Origin: a virus
Strand: one strand, 5' to 3'
DNA: 64,000 nucleotides
IMG/VR virus record: IMGVR_UViG_3300031857_022279
Shown: in pieces, positions 9,950 to 19,531 of the stretch
Numbering within the stretch: the stretch's first letter is position 1
How the letters are laid out: the number at the start of each line of letters is the position of its first letter
Program-made: the position numbers and the translations under genes
Notes under the pieces: model-generated
Told to the model about the DNA's origin: nothing
What the model saw: only the letters and a program-made list of their open reading frames with translations
Database searches by the model: none

Positions 9950-10240
9950 TGGGAGCTGCCAAAAGCCGACTAGCCAAATGACCTTGAAATCTTTTTTAAA
10001 ATCTCAGATAAAACACTGTCCCTAACAGTCTGATTATAAACTGGGATTACCTTTTAGGGAAGGTTGGGCCAATTCAAAATATCTGTGGCACCGCAGAAAC
10101 TACAAAGTGACTGACACATAAACTGGTAGTTATAAACAAAGATGTGTTAAAAAGAGAGGTAAAGTAGTGTGAAACTTTTAATCTCAAAATCCGACGAAAG
10201 ACTTACTCACAATAAGTTTCATCGTCGGATTATTTTTTTC
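9950..10240 (+). ncRNA. Candidate structured non-coding RNA of unknown family (about 290 nt)
   Basis: Bounded by a promoter element and a terminator; no ATG-started plus-strand ORF longer than 15 codons found; several complementary segments, including two hairpins with complementary loops (CCCTA/TAGGG). Confidence 0.5.
10188..10239 (+). terminator. Long hairpin terminator
   Basis: AATCCGACGA (10188-10197) pairs with TCGTCGGATT (10222-10231), enclosing an inner AGACTTA/TAAGTTT stem; T-run follows. Confidence 0.75.
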
Positions 10241-10313
10241 ACTGATGTCAAAAATTATTAAAATTTACCAAAGTCAATAGGAATAAGGTTTTCCGAGTGT
10301 TATATATAACACT

Positions 10314-10787
10314 ATGAAAAATTTAATCACATCAATCCTAATACTGGTAAGTGTTTTGGGATTTTCTCAAGAGAAATACGATTTATTTCTTGATAAAGAT
10401 AGAGCAGCTACATTTAATCAACCAAATTCATTAGAAAGAGCTTGTCAAATTTATAACTATGAACAAGTTGACTCAGTTTCTTTTTTGATCTATAACGATT
10501 ATTTAAGATTTGAATTCAAAATAGACTCGATCTCACTCACTGAAACTGAAAATATTAAGGGCAATTGTAAGGTCTCATTCTGTGGTTCTGATGATGGTAC
10601 ATATAAAACCACACTTAATAAAATGGACCGCTATTGGTATATTATAAAATTTATTCAATCAGAAGAGATTTACCATTACTATTACTTTTATAGAAGATGG
10701 GATTTTTTAGAACCTTATTGGCCTGAGCATGAGAGAGTGATTATTGACGCCTCAGTTGTACCAACCACTGTAAGCGATTCTAACTGA
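10314..10787 (+). CDS. Secreted hypothetical protein (SPI signal peptide)
   Basis: MKNLITSILILVSVLGFS|QEK. Confidence 0.7.
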   Translation: MKNLITSILILVSVLGFSQEKYDLFLDKDRAATFNQPNSLERACQIYNYEQVDSVSFLIYNDYLRFEFKIDSISLTETENIKGNCKVSFCGSDDGTYKTTLNKMDRYWYIIKFIQSEEIYHYYYFYRRWDFLEPYWPEHERVIIDASVVPTTVSDSN

Positions 10788-11465
10788 TGTAACTCCTCTA
10801 TTTACATGTGATACATAGTGGAACTTTCCTTTTCCATCTGGAATGTGGAAAAGAGTAAGTGTGTTAAATGTTGGACTTTCACTATATTCAATTTCAGTAA
10901 CTTGATCATTAGTGAAGTGTAAAACACCACCCCAATGAGGCATCCATCTTTTGGTCAATTGTAAAACAAAACCCATCTTACCTAAAGATTCATCGTGATG
11001 AGGAGATAGAAAACAACCTTCTGAATATTTTGATGCAAAAAGAGTGTTATAATTTGATATCTCCTGTCCTGATACTCTACTTAGAAAGTTTAGTACTTCC
11101 TCAGATCTTAACCAAGTTCTAAAGTCACACTCTTTACACCAACATCCTTGTACGTGGTCTCCTGCTGTTCTATAAAAATGATATGAAAAACCTCCAGTAT
11201 TAAAAATACTATCAGAGTGGTTTCTTTCCATTAATATTCTTTCTTGATTTTCTGGAAAATCTCTGATAAAATCTACGGATCCGTTTGTTCCTGGTGAACT
11301 TACCGAGTACCACCAATTTTGTGCCATCTCGTCTGTAAAAAAGCTAGACAACTGATTTGCATAGTCATAATTTAGAAAGTTTCTAATTACAACAGATCCT
11401 TGATTTACGAATTGATCATGCAATTCTTCAGGGTTTATATCGGGATTGATACTAGGACTAAACAT
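10752..11465 (-). CDS. 2OG-Fe(II) oxygenase, prolyl-hydroxylase-like
   Basis: Y..G.FLSPHHD (HxD), W.PHWGG.L.F, PTFNTLTLF, HYVSHV and R.AYSGW motifs. Confidence 0.85.
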   Translation of the reverse strand: MFSPSINPDINPEELHDQFVNQGSVVIRNFLNYDYANQLSSFFTDEMAQNWWYSVSSPGTNGSVDFIRDFPENQERILMERNHSDSIFNTGGFSYHFYRTAGDHVQGCWCKECDFRTWLRSEEVLNFLSRVSGQEISNYNTLFASKYSEGCFLSPHHDESLGKMGFVLQLTKRWMPHWGGVLHFTNDQVTEIEYSESPTFNTLTLFHIPDGKGKFHYVSHVNRGVTSVRIAYSGWYN

Positions 11466-11495
11466 ATAATTTATAGTTTCTTTTTAATTTGAAGT

Positions 11496-11867
11496 TCAAA
11501 ATAATATTTGTGGATATTTATCAAGTAATTTATAACCCAATTTTATTTTACTATTTAATAGTGGTGTTGAATACTCTACTATTTCAAATACTATTTTAAT
11601 CTCATCATTTTTACTTATCTCTTTTCTAACAATTTTCATGTGAATTAAATCAACAGACTCAATTTCCTTTTTGAGATTAGTTTCTAAGAATTTGGTTTTT
11701 GTTGTAAATTCTTGAAGTTCTTTAACGAGTTTTTCGGTCCATAGTAAATAAGGACTTAATATATGATTTGAATAACTATCATCTACTGATTTTAAATATT
11801 GAAGAAGTAGATAATTCTTGTGTTCGAAATCTAACGGTGTTTGACAGTACCAATCTAAATTCAACAT
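11496..11867 (-). CDS. Hypothetical protein
   Basis: 123 aa ORF within a minus-strand gene run. Confidence 0.7.
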   Translation of the reverse strand: MLNLDWYCQTPLDFEHKNYLLLQYLKSVDDSYSNHILSPYLLWTEKLVKELQEFTTKTKFLETNLKKEIESVDLIHMKIVRKEISKNDEIKIVFEIVEYSTPLLNSKIKLGYKLLDKYPQILF

Positions 11868-11886
11868 ACTGTGAAAATAATTTTTA

Positions 11887-12552
11887 TTACCACAAATTCA
11901 TCTTTTGATATACATCTTTCCACTCATTCTCAATCTGTGGTCTATCTTGCTCATTTTGTAGATGATTGATTATACCAACAAGATTACTGTTAAAATCAAA
12001 AAACTTAATATTGTCTCCCATATCATCAACTTTGTAAATCTCACAATTAAGGCGATTTGACATATTCACCAAAAGTCCATCTATATTGATTTTATCATCC
12101 ACTCTTTTCATAATTGCCTTTGGTTCCATTTTTCTGAACTCAATAAATACACTATCATCTGAGTCGTAGTAAAAATATTTTTGAATTGCCTTTTCAACTA
12201 ATTCACTAGACCACTCTTTGTGAGTAGTATTATTTACTATCTCATAGTATTTATTCTCTGATGTTATGTTAACAAAAAGTTTTGCTCCTAACTTATTACA
12301 GAAATTCAAGAGCATATTTTTCTGAAAGTGATCTCTATCGGTTAAGATGTTACCCATTTTCGACTCGGGCTTGAATTTCTTTTCAATAATTACTTTAACG
12401 GAATCATTATCATATATTATGACATCTAAATCTACTAAGTAGTGCCAATTTTCTAAAAAACCACCAACTTTTTTACTTCTGTGACCATTTGAGAAAGGTG
12501 TCCCACCACCATATAGTCTCGACTGTGCTTCTAGAATTGAAAATCTCTTCAT
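11887..12552 (-). CDS. Hypothetical protein
   Basis: 221 aa; TAATATATA 4 nt upstream (plus-strand 12557-12565); starts MKRFSILE. Confidence 0.75.
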   Translation of the reverse strand: MKRFSILEAQSRLYGGGTPFSNGHRSKKVGGFLENWHYLVDLDVIIYDNDSVKVIIEKKFKPESKMGNILTDRDHFQKNMLLNFCNKLGAKLFVNITSENKYYEIVNNTTHKEWSSELVEKAIQKYFYYDSDDSVFIEFRKMEPKAIMKRVDDKINIDGLLVNMSNRLNCEIYKVDDMGDNIKFFDFNSNLVGIINHLQNEQDRPQIENEWKDVYQKMNLW

Positions 12553-12555
12553 ATC

Positions 12556-12801
12556 CTATATATTATTTAAATTTTGTGGTGGTTCATTACCATATTCTTT
12601 AATTCCTTCAATTAGTTCCGAATTTTTACAAGTTATCCGTTCTTCAACGCACTTACCATCTGCGAATTTGAACCCATCGATGAAAGATGTTATCGAAATT
12701 GATTTATTATAATCTTTAAATCTAAAGAGATTACCATCTATGTAAAGTGCCTCACATTCATCACCACCGTCTGAGAAATCAACAATAGTAAATCTTTTCA
12801 T
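12556..12801 (-). CDS. Small hypothetical protein
   Basis: 81 aa; TTATATATAATCT precedes the ATG. Confidence 0.65.
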   Translation of the reverse strand: MKRFTIVDFSDGGDECEALYIDGNLFRFKDYNKSISITSFIDGFKFADGKCVEERITCKNSELIEGIKEYGNEPPQNLNNI

Positions 12802-12818
12802 AGATTATATATAAAACA

Positions 12819-12844
12819 AAAAGAAGTCTTTTAAGACTTCTTTT
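12819..12844. terminator. Bidirectional intrinsic terminator
   Basis: AAAAGAAGTCT-ttta-AGACTTCTTTT. Confidence 0.85.
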
Positions 12845-12869
12845 AAATGGTTGATGATTCACCTAAAAA

Positions 12870-13199
12870 TTATTTACCGTAAGCAAATTTTTGTTTTTTT
12901 CTAAAAACTCTAACTTTTCCACCAGAACCTCTTTCACTTCTTGTTCTAGTATATCTGATGAATTCGTGCTCTCTTCTAGGAATAAACACCCATCCATTTT
13001 TTCCTTTGAAAAAGTAGGTGTGTCTTGTTCTCATTTTTCGGTTCTTAGAAAAAAGACCATCAGATACGGTTAGATTTCTGTGCTCAAAACTTTCTTTTTT
13101 AGTTTTTTTAGGTTTGTAAATTTCAACTTCTTTTTGAATTGAACATGATTCAAAAAACATGGGCATTGCCAAAAGTAATATGTAAATAAATTTTCTCAT
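12870..13199 (-). CDS. Basic lipoprotein
   Basis: MRKFIYILLLAMPMFFESC lipobox followed by an Arg/Lys-rich body. Confidence 0.65.
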   Translation of the reverse strand: MRKFIYILLLAMPMFFESCSIQKEVEIYKPKKTKKESFEHRNLTVSDGLFSKNRKMRTRHTYFFKGKNGWVFIPRREHEFIRYTRTRSERGSGGKVRVFRKKQKFAYGK

Positions 13200-13200
13200 A

Positions 13201-13264
13201 GATTATATATAATCGTCTGAAATCCTTATTGGATAAGGATTTGGGGAAATTCAATAATTTCCCT
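13201..13264. other. Cluster of three palindromes/hairpins
   Basis: GATTATATATAATC perfect palindrome (13201-13214); AAATCCTTAT-tgg-ATAAGGATTT (13220-13242); GGGAAAT-tcaata-ATTTCCC (13244-13263). Confidence 0.7.
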
Positions 13265-13283
13265 GCTATGAAGAAAATAATTT

Positions 13284-14204
13284 TTAAATTTTTTTTATGA
13301 GACCTTTAGACTCGGCTTCTAGAAATTTGAGAACGTAGTTTTTATCGTAAAAATTGATAATTTTAGACCAATTGTCAGTTGCAAATTCTCTGAACCAACC
13401 AGAACAAAGTGTGGTACAAATTCTCATAAGAGACCAATTAAATGCATCTTTTGATGATATTGGCTCAGAGATCCCATTAAGCATTGGTATTATCTTTCTT
13501 TCAAGAGCAATGACATATGATTCTTCTAAAACACATTTCACTTTCTTTTCAAATGAAAAATTATCCCATAGTGATTTCTCACACCAAGCATTTGATTCAT
13601 TATTTTGCATATCCTCATAAATTGGCCTTGAATAGTGAGCCATTACTTTATGAAGATCATCGTGAACATAGAAGTATTTAACTAACCCCTCTGATTGACC
13701 AAAGAAATTATCGGTAGATTTCTTTAGTGATGGTGTTTTCAATTTGCCGATTCTAACTTCAGTTTCAATAAAATTTGATTTTGTAATTTCTTTTAATTTA
13801 TCTTCTTTGAGTAAATCTAAAAGTAGATTGTAGTCTTTGATATGTTTTTCAAACTTTATGGGAAAATTAATGTGACTCTTCTTTAAAGAAAGTAAAACTT
13901 CTAAAGATGCAAATCTAAGACCATGTTCAATCTCTGAATTTTGGGAATCATATTCTAGGTATTTTTTTAAAGAATTAGATTCACTGGAATTTAAAATTTC
14001 AACATTATTCGTTGTGAAGAATTTATCTCTATTTTGAATATCAATTAAGGTAGTAATATTTTTCTGTGATTTTACTTTAGTCGGATTTAGAAAAGTAATA
14101 AGTCTTTCGATATCAGTATTTTCAGCAATGATATCGATATCTTTAACTTTCCTTTCTAGTTTAGGAAAGTGATATGTTAAAGCTTTTGAACCTACAACTA
14201 ACAT
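13284..14204 (-). CDS. Phage nucleotidyltransferase-like protein (Pol-beta superfamily, inferred)
   Basis: N-terminal VVGS.AL...KDIDII gives the hG[GS]...DxD signature; conserved-looking HDDLH in the C-terminal half. Confidence 0.6.
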   Translation of the reverse strand: MLVVGSKALTYHFPKLERKVKDIDIIAENTDIERLITFLNPTKVKSQKNITTLIDIQNRDKFFTTNNVEILNSSESNSLKKYLEYDSQNSEIEHGLRFASLEVLLSLKKSHINFPIKFEKHIKDYNLLLDLLKEDKLKEITKSNFIETEVRIGKLKTPSLKKSTDNFFGQSEGLVKYFYVHDDLHKVMAHYSRPIYEDMQNNESNAWCEKSLWDNFSFEKKVKCVLEESYVIALERKIIPMLNGISEPISSKDAFNWSLMRICTTLCSGWFREFATDNWSKIINFYDKNYVLKFLEAESKGLIKKI

Positions 14205-14205
14205 T

Positions 14206-14442
14206 TTAGTAACTTGAGTCTAAATATGAACTATCATCGGTGTCGGTGTATGAGACTGCACCATCTTCGTTAAAATCTACTCGGTTATCTTTGATTAAAT
14301 TTTTATCAATCTTTACTCCGAATTCATTTTTATTTAGTTCATCAATGATTTCTTCAAACTGCTCACGACCTATCTCTTCATTTGTGAATCTACTTATTGC
14401 ATCATCTAAAGATTGATAAAATTCAAGTAGTTTTTTATTCAT
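14206..14442 (-). CDS. Small acidic hypothetical protein
   Basis: 78 aa ORF, closely packed in an operon. Confidence 0.65.
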   Translation of the reverse strand: MNKKLLEFYQSLDDAISRFTNEEIGREQFEEIIDELNKNEFGVKIDKNLIKDNRVDFNEDGAVSYTDTDDSSYLDSSY

Positions 14443-14680
14443 TGTCTATAATTTTATTAATTTGAAAATCTCTAACTTCAGAAACTGATACAAACCTACC
14501 TACATTATAAACGCGGAAAGACCACTCTTCAAGAATGACTGATGCGAAGTTATTAGTTTCAACTTTTCCTTGAAATTTTTTAACTGTATATGTTTTACCG
14601 AATTCCAATTCAGAGTTACTTGGTAGTATACAAATAACTTTATCACCAGTTTCAAATATTTTATCAGTTGTGATTTTCAC
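14435..14680 (-). CDS. Small hypothetical protein with the C-terminal RDxxIxxII motif
   Basis: GTG start 4 nt after a minus-strand TATATTTG (14685-14692); F..GDKVIC N-terminus; ends VRDFQINKIIDNE. Confidence 0.7.
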   Translation of the reverse strand: MKITTDKIFETGDKVICILPSNSELEFGKTYTVKKFQGKVETNNFASVILEEWSFRVYNVGRFVSVSEVRDFQINKIIDNE

Positions 14681-14698
14681 TTTTCAAATATAAATAAA

Positions 14699-14905
14699 TT
14701 ATTCTAAAATAGAATTTATTTTATTATCTAATTTTAAAATTTCGTAAATTTTATCAGAAATGGAAAACACGAAATCATTGGAATTGTCTTTACAAGTTAT
14801 AAAATAAGTATCACCTATTTTATCTTCTTTTATTATCTCGAGACTACACATGAATCGATCATCAACTTGATAGTCAATACCTGCGATACAAATTGGATAT
14901 TCCAT
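14699..14905 (-). CDS. Small hypothetical protein
   Basis: 68 aa; ends LDNKINSILE. Confidence 0.65.
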   Translation of the reverse strand: MEYPICIAGIDYQVDDRFMCSLEIIKEDKIGDTYFITCKDNSNDFVFSISDKIYEILKLDNKINSILE

Positions 14906-14995
14906 ACATTTTTTACCAATTTTTACAAAAAAGTTTCAAGGCTTGAAAATGGTCTGTATAAAATAATATATAACGTTATAAATATTTTTTAAAGT

Positions 14996-16678
14996 ATGAA
15001 ATGGATTAAACCTAGAAATAGATTTGTAAATGAAGAGGCAAAACTTAGAGATGTAATTCTCCCAAAACAAGCTGAAGTAGTTGGTAAAACTTGGGGAGAG
15101 TCTTTTCTTGATTTAGAAGAAATCGAAGCAACTGAAAACATTAAACAAGGTAAATGGAAACTATCTGAAGAAGATAAAATCGAAGTTTTAGGTAAATTCT
15201 TTCAGGTAGATTTAAAATCTATTTATAATTCATTTGAATCACTTCCTGATAAATTTGCTGAAGTTTTTAATGAGTCAATAGACACTTCTTTAATAAAAGA
15301 AGATAAAGATAAATTCGAGAAAATATTAGATAACTTTAATATTAAAAAGCCATCAATTAATCAAATCGGTGTTTTGACAGATCCAGTATTTAGAAAGATA
15401 TCAGTTAGTGAAACACTTGCTTCTGAAATAATTGTAAGAGATGAAACTGGAAGACCTATAATGGGTGAAGATGGAAGACCACAAAAAGTTGGTAAAGAAC
15501 CTGGTGAAATCGTTTATTCAAAAAACTTAGTCAATATCAACGGGTTTGTAGAAGATTTTAATAGATGTTTTTCAGAATTTAAAATTGACAGCTCACTTTT
15601 TTCAAGAGGTGAAATTCAACGATTAATCAGTAGTTCAAAAGAAGATTTTGGAGGTGATAGATATGCAGTTGAAGTAGACCTTTACTCGAGAGATATGTTT
15701 TTGTCTATTCAACACAAAGCAAAAGATATATTGAATATCTCAATATCAAGATTTTATTCTTCTTGTCAACATTTGTATGGTGGTGGCTATAGAAGTCAAT
15801 TATTAGGAAATGTATTTGATCCAAACACAGTTCCAGCTTTTATAATTTTTGATACTCCTATTCATAATAACAGTGGCGTTTTGATTTCTGAACAATTGCC
15901 TCTTTGTAGAATGATGGTCAGAAACATCGAAAGATTTGATGATTCTAAATCTAAGAGTCCTAAAATATTTTTTGACAGAGCTTATCCAGATAGAATGGAA
16001 GAAATAATGGGTAAAATTATAGAAAAATATAGTGAGAATAAAGAAAATTTTGATTCTGGTGATGGTAACTACCTATTCACTCCTGATCTACCAACAGATC
16101 TAAAATTAAGAGAGCCTTATATGGATAGACTCGGTGTTCAAAGAGGCTACTATATTGGAGTAAATGCTAAGACGTTAAATTTCGGTGGCGATATTGATTG
16201 GTCTCAAACTAAAATTTCACCAAAAGCAAATATTGAAGAAGTAGTAATTGAGACTACTAATTTACCAGATAATTTCTTTAAAATACCACTTAAACCAAAT
16301 TGGATTAAATTCAAGTTTATAAAAATTAATAGTCTTGAACCGTTCAAAAAGATAGTCTCTGATTCTTTTGCGTTTGAGAAATGCTTGATCAGTGAAAAGT
16401 CTATTAAAGATTTACAGAAAATAAATAAGAATATAAAGAAACTACAATTTACCGCTTGTGAACTTCACAAAGTTGAACTAAAGAAGTTTGCGAATCTAGA
16501 GGAATTACAGCTTATTTATTCTATTGATCCAGAAGAATTAGAGAAGTTTATTGAAGGTGTTAATTTCAATAAGCTGATTATATCTGGTGATTTAGTTTCA
16601 GATTCTAAGAACAAGGAACTAATTCAAAATCTAAAAAAACAAAATAAAATCGTAGAGGTAAGAGGACCAGTTATATGA
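14996..16678 (+). CDS. Large hypothetical protein with an SSC...R...FDRAY domain and an LRR-like C-terminus
   Basis: 560 aa; RFYSSCQHL, LCRMMVR and IFFDRAYP motifs; Leu/Ile-periodic C-terminal region. Confidence 0.8.
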   Translation: MKWIKPRNRFVNEEAKLRDVILPKQAEVVGKTWGESFLDLEEIEATENIKQGKWKLSEEDKIEVLGKFFQVDLKSIYNSFESLPDKFAEVFNESIDTSLIKEDKDKFEKILDNFNIKKPSINQIGVLTDPVFRKISVSETLASEIIVRDETGRPIMGEDGRPQKVGKEPGEIVYSKNLVNINGFVEDFNRCFSEFKIDSSLFSRGEIQRLISSSKEDFGGDRYAVEVDLYSRDMFLSIQHKAKDILNISISRFYSSCQHLYGGGYRSQLLGNVFDPNTVPAFIIFDTPIHNNSGVLISEQLPLCRMMVRNIERFDDSKSKSPKIFFDRAYPDRMEEIMGKIIEKYSENKENFDSGDGNYLFTPDLPTDLKLREPYMDRLGVQRGYYIGVNAKTLNFGGDIDWSQTKISPKANIEEVVIETTNLPDNFFKIPLKPNWIKFKFIKINSLEPFKKIVSDSFAFEKCLISEKSIKDLQKINKNIKKLQFTACELHKVELKKFANLEELQLIYSIDPEELEKFIEGVNFNKLIISGDLVSDSKNKELIQNLKKQNKIVEVRGPVI

Positions 16679-18309
16679 AAAATTTAAAATATATTAAACT
16701 TTTTGAGGCATTTGAGTCCTCTAAGATTAGCAAGACTTTAGCTTTTATTAACAAGAGTTCAAGACAGACATTTATTGAAAAGTTGAATAATCTTGCAAAG
16801 TCGATAGATTTTCCAGTTTCTGAACTATCTGATAAGTTTTTACAGTATTTGCCTTTTAACAAGGCACTTGAATTAAATGCTAATATAGAAGACATTCCTT
16901 GTACTGCAACAAGTAAAGGTGAGTTTTCAGATTCAGGTATAGATGGTGAAAAGTGTGAATCTGGCATGATAAAAAGAAAGTGGGGAAGAAGCATAAGAAC
17001 AGTTGGTTGTCCGAATTGTCACGGTACTGGTATTGAGCCTAAAACTAATTTTCCTATTAAGTGGGTTAAGTTTTGGTTTGATAAAGACGGTGACTATGTT
17101 CAGACAAGTGTTACTGATGGGAAAGTCAGACCTCAATCGGATACTGTTTCAGATAAACTTTCTCAAAATCTAAGTGACTATGAGGTAGTGAAAGAATTAA
17201 CACTAGACGAACTTAAAAATCTAACAACTGGTGATTATGTTAAAATCACACTTACAGATGGTAGTGGAAGATCAGTAATAGGACGAGTATTCAAATATGA
17301 TAGAAACCTTAGATCAATTTATATCATACAAAATTTTTGTTCTGGTAGTGAGCCAGATTATAGTAGTGCTTGGAAAAAATTCGGTAGACTTAGCTGGGTT
17401 ATAGAATCTGGTAGTGAGTATACGGGTACCCCACTTTTACTTAAGCCCAGAGAGATAGAAAAAGATGAACGACCTAATCCATATACATGGAACGCACTAC
17501 TTGGTAGAAATAATGCAGTTGAATCAAATTTAGATATGAAGAGTAAACTATCTAAGGCTCATTTTGCAATAGTTCTTGATTATTTAGAACTGTCTCAGTC
17601 AGAATTTATAAAAAGAACTGATATACAAACAAAAAGAAAAGAGCAGACTACTGGTGCACTAGCACTTCAAAGTGATGAAGAAATTAGAAAGCAAAATATA
17701 AATAGGTATATTGAAGAAATAAACAAACGTGTTCAATTCTCTTCTGATTTTTCAAATGTTAAAAATTTAATATCTAGATTATTTGGACTAGGTAAATTCG
17801 GATATTATGTTCTAAGAGGTAGACACTTTAGTGAATTCGATAGTATAATTACATATATGTTCAGATTTCTGAAATCTGGAGATGATCAGCAAGAATTCTA
17901 CTATGAGAGAATCGTTGATAGCTTAAAACCACGTATAAAGTCTAATATTGAATTTAATAAAGAATCTGATGACGTTATGAAGTCAGTTTTTGCAAGTCAA
18001 CCAGATTATATTAAACCACTTCAGTCAAAATTTGAAGAATTAAACGCTGCAATTTACAATAGATTTAAAAGTTTTAATCTTGAAAGTATTGAAGATATCG
18101 AAATATTTTTTCAGAAAATGAAATCTCTTAGAAGTCTTTGGGGAAATTCTGAAAGATTTGATAATTTAAAAAATACAGTCTACTATCCAATTGAGAGCAT
18201 GTCAGATAAATGGAGATTTGAGAGATATCTTTCACAAATTGGAGATTCACAAGTGGATTCAATCATTGAAGATATTGATAGGTTTATTTCAGTTGTTAAT
18301 AAAATTTAA
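16675..18309 (+). CDS. Large hypothetical protein with a CxxCxGxG zinc-finger-like motif
   Basis: 544 aa; ATGA-coupled to the upstream gene; starts MKNLKYIKLFEAFE; contains CPNCHGTG. Confidence 0.8.
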   Translation: MKNLKYIKLFEAFESSKISKTLAFINKSSRQTFIEKLNNLAKSIDFPVSELSDKFLQYLPFNKALELNANIEDIPCTATSKGEFSDSGIDGEKCESGMIKRKWGRSIRTVGCPNCHGTGIEPKTNFPIKWVKFWFDKDGDYVQTSVTDGKVRPQSDTVSDKLSQNLSDYEVVKELTLDELKNLTTGDYVKITLTDGSGRSVIGRVFKYDRNLRSIYIIQNFCSGSEPDYSSAWKKFGRLSWVIESGSEYTGTPLLLKPREIEKDERPNPYTWNALLGRNNAVESNLDMKSKLSKAHFAIVLDYLELSQSEFIKRTDIQTKRKEQTTGALALQSDEEIRKQNINRYIEEINKRVQFSSDFSNVKNLISRLFGLGKFGYYVLRGRHFSEFDSIITYMFRFLKSGDDQQEFYYERIVDSLKPRIKSNIEFNKESDDVMKSVFASQPDYIKPLQSKFEELNAAIYNRFKSFNLESIEDIEIFFQKMKSLRSLWGNSERFDNLKNTVYYPIESMSDKWRFERYLSQIGDSQVDSIIEDIDRFISVVNKI

Positions 18310-18355
18310 ACTTTTAGATAGTTTATAACTATTATTTAAGTTAAATTTTTGACGA

Positions 18356-18877
18356 ATGACAGACCCAAAACAATACGGTAATTCTGAAAAAGATCCAGTC
18401 TATGGATATTTGGAAAATCCAAAAGAACTTATATTTATTGATATGGATGGAGTTCTTGCAGACGCTGAATCAAGAATGAAAATCTGGAGTGATAAACTTG
18501 ATATTTCAACTACCGAACTTTTTAAGAAAAAGTTATATCACATGCCTGGGTTCTATGCAAATCTTGATCCAATACCTGGGGCTATAGAGGCATTTCAATT
18601 ACTATGTGATCATTATGAAGTTTATATTTTAACAGCTCCATCTTGGGAAAATCCATCTTGTTACACCGATAAAAGACTTTGGGTAGAGAAGTATTTAGGT
18701 GAAAAGGCATTTAAACGACTTATCATAAGTAATGATAAATCACTTTTTAAAGGCAGAGCTATAATCGATGATAGAACAAAATATGGTGTAACAAAGTTTC
18801 AAGGTGAACATATTCACTTTGGAACCGATAAGTTCCCGAACTGGAATTCTGTATTAAAATACCTTAATGTAATATGA
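18356..18877 (+). CDS. 5'(3')-deoxyribonucleotidase (HAD superfamily, NT5C family)
   Basis: IFIDMDGVLAD, PIPGAIEA, ILTAP, DKRLWVEKYLG and IIDDR motifs. Confidence 0.92.
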   Translation: MTDPKQYGNSEKDPVYGYLENPKELIFIDMDGVLADAESRMKIWSDKLDISTTELFKKKLYHMPGFYANLDPIPGAIEAFQLLCDHYEVYILTAPSWENPSCYTDKRLWVEKYLGEKAFKRLIISNDKSLFKGRAIIDDRTKYGVTKFQGEHIHFGTDKFPNWNSVLKYLNVI

Positions 18878-18978
18878 AAAGAATTATAAAATTTTTTGAA
18901 ATCCACTTTGGTTGGTTTCTCACAAATGGAAATAAACAAGAAAAGTTTTCAAATTATTTGAAAAAAAAATATAAATAA
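18874..18978 (+). CDS. 34-aa small protein missing from the ORF track
   Basis: MKRIIKFFEIHFGWFLTNGNKQEKFSNYLKKKYK; its ATG overlaps the upstream TGA (ATGA). Confidence 0.5.
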   Translation: MKRIIKFFEIHFGWFLTNGNKQEKFSNYLKKKYK

Positions 18979-19015
18979 TTATTTCTTTTTTGATAATTTT
19001 TCTTATCTTTGTTGT

Positions 19016-19531
19016 ATGAAAAATACAATAATTCTTTTCACTGCAACTATTTTTTTGACATCTTGTATGTCTCGTGAGATTCTTTCAAAAGGTCTTATCT
19101 CATCTTACCAACTTGATCAAAATTCACTAGTTGGAACAGAAGTTTATGTTACAGACCCTATTCGAATGAAGTTTGATACACTTGAACAATCGACCCACAA
19201 TAAAAAAGGATTTATTCAAGTTCAACAAATTCAAACTATTGATAAAGTAACTGTTAAAGTTCAATCAAGGGGTATCATTGAAACAGTCAATGATGTTTCT
19301 AGTTCTAGTTCTAGATCGGTAGTTGGTGTTATGTTTGAAGACCGATCTGAACCTCTATATTTTCTTATGACAAAACGTGGGGTATTTGAACTTTTCTTGG
19401 ATGAAAACGGAAAAGTACCTTATGGTAAACATAACTATACACTTGTGTCTACACAAATACCACAACTTGAAGTAGTTATCAAGAAGAATAAAAATGTTTC
19501 TTCTAGTAAGATTGTTATGGACGGTTATTGA
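19016..19531 (+). CDS. Lipoprotein
   Basis: MKNTIILFTATIFLTSC lipobox; TATCTTTG -7 element at 19004-19011. Confidence 0.75.
   Translation: MKNTIILFTATIFLTSCMSREILSKGLISSYQLDQNSLVGTEVYVTDPIRMKFDTLEQSTHNKKGFIQVQQIQTIDKVTVKVQSRGIIETVNDVSSSSSRSVVGVMFEDRSEPLYFLMTKRGVFELFLDENGKVPYGKHNYTLVSTQIPQLEVVIKKNKNVSSSKIVMDGY

Noticed and set aside
10188-10231. Hammerhead ribozyme (GAAA-stem-UC pattern)
   Set aside because: The CUGANGA core and stem I are missing; the structure is adequately explained as a terminator hairpin.
9950-10240. RNase P RNA, tmRNA or group I intron as the identity of the candidate ncRNA
   Set aside because: RNase P-like snippets (GGGAAGGT, CAGAAA, GTGAAA, AGATAAAACACTGTC) occur in an inconsistent order, with too little sequence between them and a mismatch in the would-be P4 helix. 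There is no T-arm/CCA end for tmRNA, and no room for group I P3/P8.
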